This document shows positions 11,390 through 20,000 of a stretch of 20,000 nt of DNA, piece by piece (position 1 is the first letter of the stretch; each line of letters opens with the position of its first letter). The position numbers were made by a program, and so were the translations under genes. Location: the NCBI GenBank assembly GCA_013265495.1, contig MU057951.1:137175-157174 (forward strand), in the 5' to 3' direction. A model generated the notes under the pieces. It searched no databases and was not told the origin of the DNA. It was given only the letters and a program-made list of their open reading frames with translations. This DNA comes from Vicugna vicugna. Its lineage: Eukaryota.

Positions 11390-14300
11390 CACAAAAACAG
11401 AAGTAACTCCTTCCATAACAGAATTACCTTAATGTAAACACATTTAATTCTTCAATTAAAAGACAGAGATTAACATATTGAATTAAGTCAGGTGATCCAA
11501 CAATATACTGTCTACAAGTGATTTACTTGAGACTCAAAACACAAATAGATAAAAATGTAAAGGACAGAAAAAAGCTATTCCATGCAACTAGTAACCAAAT
11601 GAGAGCAGGGGTTGCTATACTAATATTAGATGAAATAGATTTTAAATTAAAAAGACCACATGAGACAATGAATGTTATAAATTTTAAAAGACTTGAAAGA
11701 TCAAGAATATATAAAATTGCAAGCATTTATGCACCTAATGGCAAACCATATAAATACATGAAGCAAAAAGGGACAGAATGAAGGAGAGAAATTGACAGGT
11801 CTACAGTAATAACTGGAGACTTCAATACTCTACACAATACTAGAACAACAGCCAGAGAGAGGATATTAAGGAAGTAGAAGAATTAACACATAAATTAGCT
11901 ACATCTAGCAAACATATACAGAATATTCTACCCCAAAACAATAGCATGCCTTTCAAGTGTACATGGGACTTTCCCCAGGAGAGACAATGTTAGGCCATTA
12001 ATTAAATCTTAATAGATTAAAAAAATAGATGTCATACCAAACATCTTATCAAATCACAACAGGATAAAGTTAGTAATCAGTAACAGAAGTTAAACTGAAA
12101 CATTCACAAATTCGTGAAAATTAAACAAAACATGCAATAACCAATGGATTGAAAATGGAATAAAAAAATAAGAAAATATTTCAAGACAAGTGTATATGAA
12201 AACAGAACATGCCAAGGCTTATGGGACACAGTGAGTGCAGTGAGAGCTAAGAAATAAACTTTTTAGATTACATTTTAAAAAAGGAAGATCTCAAATCATG
12301 ACCTAAACTTACTTGAGGAAATAGACCTAACAAGGAAATAGAAAGAAAGAGTAAACTAAACCCAAGTATAACATAATAAAGGAAATAAATATTAGGTTAG
12401 AGATAAAAGGGTATCAAATATCAGAAAAATTGATAGAAACAAAAGTTGATTTTTTGAAAGATTGACAATAATTTAATTATTATTAACAATAAACAACAAA
12501 TTATTAGATAATAACAAATTATTAGAATAAGAGTAAAAGAGAGAACACTTATATTAGTAAACTTAGAAATGAAAATGGTGACTTATCTATGAATTCCACA
12601 TGCTTAAGGAGGATTATGAGTACTATGAATAATTGTACACCAAAAAATTGGAAAACCTAGAAAAAATGGACATATTCCTAGAAACAGAATTCTTACCAAG
12701 ACTAAATTATAAAAAAAATAGAATATCTGAGTAGACCTATAACTAGCAAGGAGTTTGACTTAATAACAAACAAGTTGCTAAAAAAGAAGTCCTGAACCAG
12801 ATGCATTAATTGAATGAAGTCAATCAAACATTTGAAAAAGAATTAACACCAATCATTCTCAAACTTTTTCAAAAAATTGAAGAGGAAAAAACATTTTATA
12901 GCTCATTCTATGAGGTCAACATTATTCTGATGCCACCAGACAAATTCACTAAAAGGAAAAAAAAACTATAGATCAATATCCTTTATGAATACTGAAGCAG
13001 AAATTCTAAGTAACATAATAGCAAACCAAATTCAGCAGCATATTAAAAGGATTATACACCACAATGAAGTAACATTTGTTCCTGGAATTCAAAGATTGTT
13101 TAATATACAAAAATCAATGTAATTCACCACATTAACTGAATGAAGGAAAAATGACATAATATTCTCAAATGATACAAAAAAAAGGATTTGACAAAATTCA
13201 GCTTTTCATGATTAAAAAATGAACAAATTAGATATAGAAAGAAACTATCTGAACATAATAAGAGCCATATCATGGAAAACCCAAAGCCTACAACATACTC
13301 AGTCTTAAAGCTTTTCCACTAAGATCAAGAACAAGGCAAGGATGACTATTTTCACCAATTTTATTCAACACAGTAATGGAAGTTCAAGTCAGAGGAATTA
13401 TGCAAGAAAAATAAATAAAAAACATACAAATTGGATAGGAACAAATAATTTTTTTCTGTTTTCAGATAATATGGTCCTATATGAAGAAAATCCTAAATAT
13501 TTAGCCAAAAATCTGTTAGAACTAATAACTAAATTGAACAAAGTAGCAGAACAAAAAGTCAATGTCAAAAATCAGTTGCATTCCTTCACACAAACAATGA
13601 ACAATCTGAAAAAACTTATGAAAATAATTCCATTTATAATAATGTCAAAAAGAATAAAATATTTAGGAATTAACTTAACCAAGGAAATAAATGACTTGTA
13701 TACTAAAAACCACAAAATATTGCTGGAAGAAATTAATGAAGACATAAGTAAACAAAACATCCCATGTTCATGCACTGGAAGACAAAATTAATAAGATGTC
13801 TATATTACCTAAAGTAATCTACAGACTTAATGAAATCTCTATAGAAAATTCCAATTACTTTTTGGCAGAAAAAAAAATCTTAAAATTCATACAGAATCTC
13901 AAAGGTCCTAAAATAGCCAAAACAATCTTGAACAGGAAGAACAAAGCTGGAGGTATCATACTTCCTGATTTCAAGTTATACCACAAAACAATAGTAATCA
14001 AAACAATATGTTACTGGCATAAAAATAGATGTTTAGACCAAAGTAATAGAATAGGGAGCCTAGAAAATAAACACACATATAAAGTCAAGTAGTATTTGAT
14101 GCACTGTCATGAATACACAATAGGAAAAGGATAGTCTTTTTGACATCTGATGCTGGGAAACCTGGATATCAAGGTCCAGTAGAATGAAGAGAGACTGATA
14201 CATAAAAATCTACTGAAAATAGAATAACAAATTTAAAATAACACCTGAAATCTTAAAATCATAAAAAGAGGGAAAAAGCTCCTTGATATTGGCCCTTGTA

Positions 14301-15105
14301 ATGATTTCTTGATATGACACAAAATCACAGGAAAAAAAAATAAACATATGGGACTACATAAATGAAGTCAATCCATGAATTGGGAGAAAATATTTGCAAA
14401 CCATATTTCTCATAGTGTTTAATATCCAAAATATATAAGGAATTTATACAACTGAATAGCAAAATCACAAATAACACAATTAAAATGAGCTAAGGACTTG
14501 AATAAATATTTTTCCAAAGACATACAAATAAGCAACAGGTATATAAAATGGTTCTCAACATAACTAATTGTCAGGGAAATGCAAATCAAAACCATAGTGA
14601 GATATCACCTCACACCTCTTAAGATGGCTATTGTCAAAAAGGAAAATAAAGATAACAGGTGTTGGCAAGGACACAGAGCAAAGGAATCCTTGTACACTCT
14701 TGGTAGGAATGTAAATACATATAGCCATTATAGGAAAGGTCTTCTTTATATGGAGGGTCTTGAAAAAAATAAAAATATAACTACATTTTGATCCAGTAAT
14801 TCCACTACTGGGTATATTTCCAAAGGGAAAAAAACACTATATTGAAAATATATATGCATTACTATGTTTATTGCAACATTACTCAGAGTAACCAAGGTAT
14901 GGTAACAAACTACGTGTCTATTGATGGATAACAGGTAAAGAATAAATTGTGACACACACACATAGTGGAATATTATTTATTCTCTAAAAAATTTAATCCT
15001 GCCACTTGCTACAACATGGGTAAATCAGAAGGGGATTATGCTGACTGAAATAATCCAGTCATAGAAAGAAAAAACTGCAGACCTCTCTTATATGTAGAAT
15101 CTACA
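11390..15105 (+). pseudogene. Decayed L1 ORF2 (APE endonuclease, reverse transcriptase, Cys-rich C-terminus)
   Basis: ORF 11518-11781 RAGVAILILDEIDFK...IYAPN; ggagacttcaatactc (GDFNT); ORF 13342-13791 FSDNMVLYEENPK (degenerate FADD) and IKYLGINLTKE; ORF 13796-14092 LPKVIYRLN...YWHKNR; ORF 14579-14791 MQIKTIVRYHLTP. Numerous stops and frameshifts. Confidence 0.92.
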
Positions 15106-16658
15106 ATAGTGGAATTCAAAGAAATAGATGGTAAAATTGTGGTTGCCAGGGCCTGGGGAATGGGGAAAATGAGGATGCATTGGTCAAAGGATAAAGAGTT
15201 TTAGTTATGTAGAATAAATAAGCTGGAGAGTTTTAATGCACAGTATGGTACAATAGTTAACAATACTGTACTGCATAATTAAAATTTACTGAATGTAGAT
15301 TTTAAGTGTTTTCTTAAAAATGATATGTATGTGAAGTGATGGATATATTAATCAACTTGACTGGTAATAATCATCACAATGATTATATATCAAAATATGT
15401 TGTACATCATATATATATATACAAATTTTATAAAAATAAAATATTTCATAAATTTAAGGCAGCAATTGATAGTTTGCAATAATACTTGGGACAGACTTAA
15501 ATACACAACATTAAAATGAATAGAACAGGGAAGAGAAGCAAGATGGCAGAGTAGAAGGACACTTATAGCTCACCCTCTCCCACAAATACACCAAAACTCA
15601 CATCTACGGACCCACTTAGCCAACCAGAGCACCTTTGGAACTCCGACAGAACATTGCCCTCTTTGAAAGATGAAGATGCCAAAAACCTGGTAGGAGAAAA
15701 GGAAAAAGAAAGAAGAAAAAGCAAAACAGTGCAGGATCGGCCCTGTGGGGAGGGAGTGGCAAAGAAGGTATAGTGCTTGTTCACTGGGTCTCCTCCCTTC
15801 AATGGAGAGGCCAACAGGATGGAGGGGGAGCCTCCGAGGCTCAGATCTGCCCCAAGCACCCCTTGACTGACAGAACTAAGTTAAGTAGGCACAAAGGTTC
15901 CCTGCGACACCCAGCCCGAGATGCAAGCCGGCAGCTGGGGGCTGGGGCAGGCTGCCTGAGCTGGGCAGAGGACTGGAGCGGCTGCATTGAGGCAGCCCCA
16001 GGGGACTACAGGGTACTGCATGCCATGGCTGGGAGGTGATAAAGAGCAGAACAACATCGGTCTTCGATAAATTGTGAAAATAGCAAAGCAACACGGCTGA
16101 TGTGCCCTGGGGGGAGGGGCACCATAGCCTTTGTCTCCTCAGACCCGAGGTGCCATTACTGGAGCTTCTAGCGAGTAGAGAGGTGGGGCCTAGCCACAGC
16201 CGCCATATCCTCCTGTGCAAAGTGCCTGGGTGGGGGCAGGGCCAAGACCTGTATCTGTATGGGGCAGAGGGACTCCTCAACCTCCTAGGCAAGACTGAGA
16301 CATGTTTACAGCCCGAGGCTGAAAGAATCTTTCTGCCCTGGCACCTCAGAGAACTCACACCGCCAAGACAAACAAGGAGCTGAGATTTCACACAGAGCAG
16401 GGGCGGGGCTGTTCCTGCAGTCTTCCCTGAGCCTGCCTAAGGAGCACCTACCTGAAGCAGAGCAGGCAGCTGCACAGAGCAGCAGAGCAACTGATGCCAG
16501 GAGAGGGCGGCAGCCACCTGCCTTCCTGGCAGGAATGCAGCACCTGACCATGGTGCTGGTAGGGGGCATGATCCGCCCACCTGCCTCGCCCTAGCACAAC
16601 ATCTGAATGCGACACCGGGAGGGGGAGTGACCCACTCGCCCACCTATGCCAGAGAGAT

Positions 16659-17345
16659 ATGAGCAATATGTAGAAGCAGAGGAACCACTCCCAAATAAAA
16701 GATCAATAGAAATCCCCTGAAAGCACAATCAAGGAAATAGACATTGATGGCCTACTAGATCAAGATTTCACAAAAGGACTAATCAAAGTACTGAAAGAAC
16801 TAAAATAAATAGTGTTTAGAGATATAAAATATGTCAAAAATGAAATAGAAGCTCTTAAAAAGAACCAACTAGAATTAGTAAACTCATTTGTTGAGATGAG
16901 AGCTGATCTAAAGGCTGTGCAAAGCAGAGTAGATAATGCAGAGGAACAAATAAGTTACCAGGAAGACAGGACTACAGGAAGCACCCAATCAGAACAACTG
17001 AGAGAAAAAAAAATAAAAAACAATGAAAGCAATATAAGGGACATATGGGCTAAGATAAATCATGCCAATCTACACATAATAGGGGTTTCAGAAGGGGAAG
17101 AAAAAACTAAAGGGCTTCAAAAGGTATTTGAAGAAATCATGACTGAAAACTTCCCAAACCTAAAAGAAGGAATCAAATATCCAAGTACAGGAGGCTCAGA
17201 GGGTCCCAAACAGGAAGAACCCAAACAGACCCACACCAAGACATATCATAATCAAGATGGCCAGAGTCAAGGATAAAGAAATGATCCTAAAGCATTTAGC
17301 AACACTAAACCCATACTAAAAGAAATATTGACAGGTCTACTCTAA
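16659..17345 (+). pseudogene. Disrupted L1 ORF1
   Basis: ATG AGC AAT ATG TAG (early stop); ORF 16812-17276 with coiled coil and ANLHIIGVSEGEEK...FEEIMTENFPNL; frameshift near 17165; internal deletion near 17293; ends FSNTKPILKEILTGLL* (TAA 17343-17345). Confidence 0.9.
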
Positions 17346-17486
17346 ATAGAAAAGAAGCAGGACGCTACAAAAATGAAAAACTCATAACTGAAAAGGTGAT
17401 AACTACCATGAATTACAAATACAATAAACACAAAATTGTAAAAGAAGGCATCTAAATCATTAAGAGTGGGAGAGGAAAGCAAGGAA

Positions 17487-17855
17487 AGCCACTGTGGAAA
17501 ACAGTATGGAGAGTCCTTAAAAGGCTAGGAATAGTCTTACCATATGACCCAGGAATCCCACTCCTGGGCATATATCCAGAAGGAAGCCTACTTCAAAATG
17601 ACACATACACCCCAATGTTCATAGCAGCACTATTTACAATAGCCAAGACATGGAAACAGCCTGTGCCCATCAACAGATGACTGGATAAAGAAGATGCGGT
17701 GTATTTTTAGAGTGGAATACTATTCAGCCATGAAAACTGACAACATAAAACCATTTGAAGCAACACGGATGTTCCTGGAGGGTGTCATTATAGGTGAAGT
17801 GAGCCAGAAAGGGAAAGAGAAGTCCTGTGTGAGATCTCTTATATGTGCAATCTAA
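17487..17855 (+). pseudogene. Terminal about 120 codons of L1 ORF2 only
   Basis: [32 protein letters not shown]...[17 protein letters not shown]...ICAI*; colinear and highly similar to the reverse complement of 260-630. Confidence 0.9.
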
Positions 17856-17904
17856 AAAAAACAAAACAAACAACAACAACAACAAAACATAAATACAGAT
17901 CATT

Positions 17905-19140
17905 CCGGGCAAGATGGCGGAGTAGAAGGACGCTTGTAAGTCACCCTCTCCCACAAATAAACCAAGACCCACATCTACAGACCCACTCAGACAACCAGAG
18001 CACCTGCGGAACTCCAACAGATCATCGCCCTCTTCAAAAGATAAAGACGCCAAAAATCTGGTAGGAGAAAAGGAAAAAAGAAAGAACAAAAGGCAAAGCA
18101 GCGTGGGACGGGTCCCGCGAGGAGGGAGCGGCAAAGGAGGACTGGCGCTTGCTCGCTGGGTCTCCCCTCTCCAATTGAGAGGCCAGCGGGACGGAGGGGG
18201 AGCCTCCAAGGCTCGGATCTGTACAGAGCAGCCCTTCTCTGACAGAACTAAGTTAAACAGGTACAGAGCGTACCCCCGACACCCAGTCTGAGACGCGGGC
18301 CGGCAGCGGCGGGCAGGGCCAGGCTGCACAAGCCGGGTGGAGGACGGGGGCGGCTGCACGGAGACAGCTCCAGGGGACTGCAAGGGGCTGGGGGCCGGGG
18401 CTGTGGGTGTACAGGACAGAACAACCTGGGCCCTCCATAAAACAGCAAGGTTGATGTGCTCTCGGGGGAAGGGTGCATAACCCCATCTCTGAAAACCCAC
18501 GGAAACTTTTCAGGGGAAGAGGGGCGGGGCCCAGGCAGAGCCGCCATATTCTCCGGCGCTTAGAACCCAGGCGGGGGCAGAGGCGAAACCTGCATCCGCA
18601 CCGAAGGGCTTAGCAGCCTCAAGGGACAGACTGAGACGGGCCTACAGCCCTCGGCAGATAGGATCCTTCCATTCTGGTCCCCCAGAGAACTTGGTCCACA
18701 AAGACAAACAAGCAGCTGGGTCTTGGCTCGGAGCAGGGATGAGGCTGCCCCTTGGTCTTCCCCAAGCCCACCCGCGGAGTGCGACCAGGGCGGAGCGCCG
18801 ACCAGGGCGGAGCGCGACCAGGGCGGAGCGCCGACCAGGGCGGAGCGCCCGCGCAGAGCGCAAAGCCGAACAGAGCAGCGGAGCTACCGGTGGCGCAGGC
18901 AGGGGCAGAGCGGCCGCCCGCCTGTCAGGCAGGAACACAACCCCTGACCGAGGTGCTGGGAGGGGGCACGACCCGCCCTCCTGCCTGGCCAGTCTGCAAC
19001 ATCTGACTGCGGCATACGGAGGGGCAGTGACCCGCCCACCCGCAGCAGAAGACAGCTGCATCTGACCCCGGGTTAGGAGGAGGCGCGATCTGCTTGCCAA
19101 CAGGTGCTGGGAGCAGCACAGAAGAGGGCGCCAACGGAGG
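17905..19140 (+). promoter_or_regulatory. CpG-island-like internal Pol II promoter of L1 5'UTR
   Basis: Visibly GC- and CpG-dense relative to the AT-rich window; YY1 motif CAAGATGGCGG at 17910-17920; several GGGCGG GC boxes (18522, 18788-18843). Confidence 0.8.
18782..18848. repeat. Four tandem copies of CGACCAGGGCGGAGCG(C) (17,16,17,17 bp)
   Basis: Units at 18782-18798, 18799-18814, 18815-18831, 18832-18848, identical apart from one C. Confidence 0.95.
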
Positions 19141-19235
19141 GCCTATGAAAACAAGCTGAGCTTCCAAAACAGGACGAAGACAGAAGGACATCACAATAAA
19201 AGCACACACACTCCAGGAGAACACCGACAACCCCC

Positions 19236-19307
19236 TTTTTTTGTTTGTTTTTTTTTTGTTTTGTTTTTTTGTTTTTTTGTTTTTTGTTTTTGTTTTTGTT
19301 GTTTTTT
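19236..19307. repeat. Low-complexity (GTTTTT)n-like tract within L1 5'UTR
   Basis: tttttttgtttgttttttttttgttttgttttttt...gtttttgttgttttt. Confidence 0.85.
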
Positions 19308-19714
19308 ATAATCTGTTTTTACCTGTTCTATTTTCAATTACTCTCTTAATTTTTACTTCTTAATTCATTTTTATTTCTCTTGGGTTTTGATGTCCTGTTA
19401 TTGATTAGACACAGGCTTCAAACACATATATTCATCTCCCCACCCCCCCTTTTTTTTTAAAGGTTTTAAAAGGACGTCTCCACCCGATTAATACTCTGCT
19501 TCAACCCGCTCTTCTATTATTCATTATACATTGTTTTCAAACCCTCTGTCTCCCTTCTTTTAAAAATCTTTCTCTCTCTTTCTTATTTTTTTCTCTTTTT
19601 TTATTTCTTTTTTATTTTTTTCTAAGTTTATTCCTAAATAAGCATTAGATAGATAATATCCTTAAGATCCAAAATAGACAACTGATACTCCATAAACCAC
19701 AGTGCCAGAGAGGT

Positions 19715-20000
19715 ATGAGCAAGATGAAGAAGCAGAGAAACCTTTCCCAATTAAAAGAACAAGAGGAATCCCCTGAAAGAAAGATCAANNNNNNNNNNNN
19801 NNNNNNNNNNNNNNNNNNNNNNNNNNNNNNNNNNNNNNNNNNNNNNNNNNNNNNNNNNNNNNNNNNNNNNNNNAAATATGTCAGAAATTGAAGCTATAAA
19901 GAAGAGCCAAGCAAAATGGGAAAACTCATTGACAGAGATGAGGAATGATCTAACAGCGGTGCAAAGCCGACTAGTTAATGCAGAGGAACGAATCGAATTA
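19715..20000 (+). pseudogene. L1 ORF1 N-terminus, partial, spanning an assembly gap; apparent 5-bp frameshift near 19885
   Basis: MSKMKKQRNLSQLKEQEESPERKI then N-run, then KYVRN / EAIKKSQAKWENSLTEMRNDLTAVQSRLVNAEERIEL, aligning to the 16659-16960 ORF1 copy. Confidence 0.8.
19789..19873. other. Assembly gap (85 N)
   Basis: Run of N; the homologous interval in the other ORF1 copy (16733-16826) is 94 nt, so the gap is roughly the expected size. Confidence 0.98.

Larger units (their letters stand above)
9205..15445 (+). mobile_element. Near full-length (about 6.2 kb) decayed L1 with 5'UTR, ORF1, long inter-ORF spacer, ORF2 and L1MA-like 3'UTR
   Basis: Start ggaagatggtggaataag; colinear ORF1, endonuclease, RT and Cys-rich remnants; 3'UTR gtggttgccagggcctgggg...atagttaacaatactgtactg...; ends ttttataaaaataaaa. 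Confidence 0.88.
15528..17900 (+). mobile_element. Young L1 with intact 5' start but three internal deletions (5'UTR, ORF1, nearly all of ORF2); about 2.4 kb, 3'UTR interrupted at about 17900
   Basis: 5'UTR homologous to 17905-19040; ORF1 16659-17345; inter-ORF 17346-17486 joined directly to the ORF2 C-terminal gccactgtggaaaacagtatgg; upstream flank tt/aaaatgaatagaaca (15511-15527) matches the L1 endonuclease consensus TT/AAAA. Confidence 0.92.
17901..20000 (+). mobile_element. Youngest L1 in the window: complete about 1.8-kb CpG-rich 5'UTR and start of ORF1; continues beyond the window
   Basis: Starts ...gggcaagatggcggagtagaaggacg; homologous to 15528-16645 but retains CpGs; T-rich spacer 19236-19625; ORF1 ATG at 19715. 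Confidence 0.93.

Noticed and set aside
12470..12530. Short local duplication aacaaattattaga in an AT-rich patch
   Set aside because: Ordinary slippage-scale duplication in decayed ORF2; too little sequence to support an insertion.
9205..15445. Retrotransposition-competent or domesticated L1
   Set aside because: Both ORFs have many stops and frameshifts and the catalytic FADD motif reads FSDN.
15563..16666. Cluster of overlapping ORFs in GC-rich DNA as host exons
   Set aside because: Region is an L1 5'UTR homologous to 17911-19040; ORFs occur in many frames on both strands and are not shared between the copies. The same applies to ORFs at 18642-19230.
17724..18500. 258-aa minus-strand ORF as an ORF0-like antisense protein
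   Set aside because: Begins at GTG, crosses the junction between two separate insertions, lies in GC-rich stop-poor DNA, and is broken in the sister copy.
18248..18547. 99-aa antisense ORF with a good Kozak context (aatATGG)
   Set aside because: The ATG is the core of the YY1 motif; the homologous ATG in the older copy (16204-16206) reaches a stop after 12 codons; no recognisable domain.

Overview
Mammalian genomic DNA, AT-rich except for two GC-rich L1 5'UTRs, composed almost entirely of LINE-1 (L1) retrotransposon remnants of at least three age layers, nested into one another and nearly all on the + strand. No host protein-coding exon, RNA gene, CRISPR array or prokaryotic feature is supported; the ORF track reflects decayed L1 ORF1/ORF2 fragments, their antisense frames and low-complexity DNA. 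The young L1 ends resemble camelid (alpaca/camel) L1 from memory, but this is unverified. Main architecture: young 5'-truncated L1 on the minus strand (1-1945); old + strand ORF2 fragments (1946-3367, 3368-6787) carrying nested insertions; older L1M pieces (6790-9170); a near full-length decayed L1 (about 9205-15445); a young L1 with three internal deletions that lacks almost all of ORF2 (about 15528-17900); and a younger CpG-rich L1 5'UTR plus ORF1 start inserted into its 3'UTR (about 17901-20000, N gap 19789-19873). Most notable observations: the triple-deleted HAL1-like L1; a ~40-unit heptamer array framed by a 14-bp target-site-like duplication; a 145-bp L1 insertion with both 5' inversion and 3' transduction; two independent insertions at the same ORF2 position; and a GC-box tandem repeat in the young L1 promoter.
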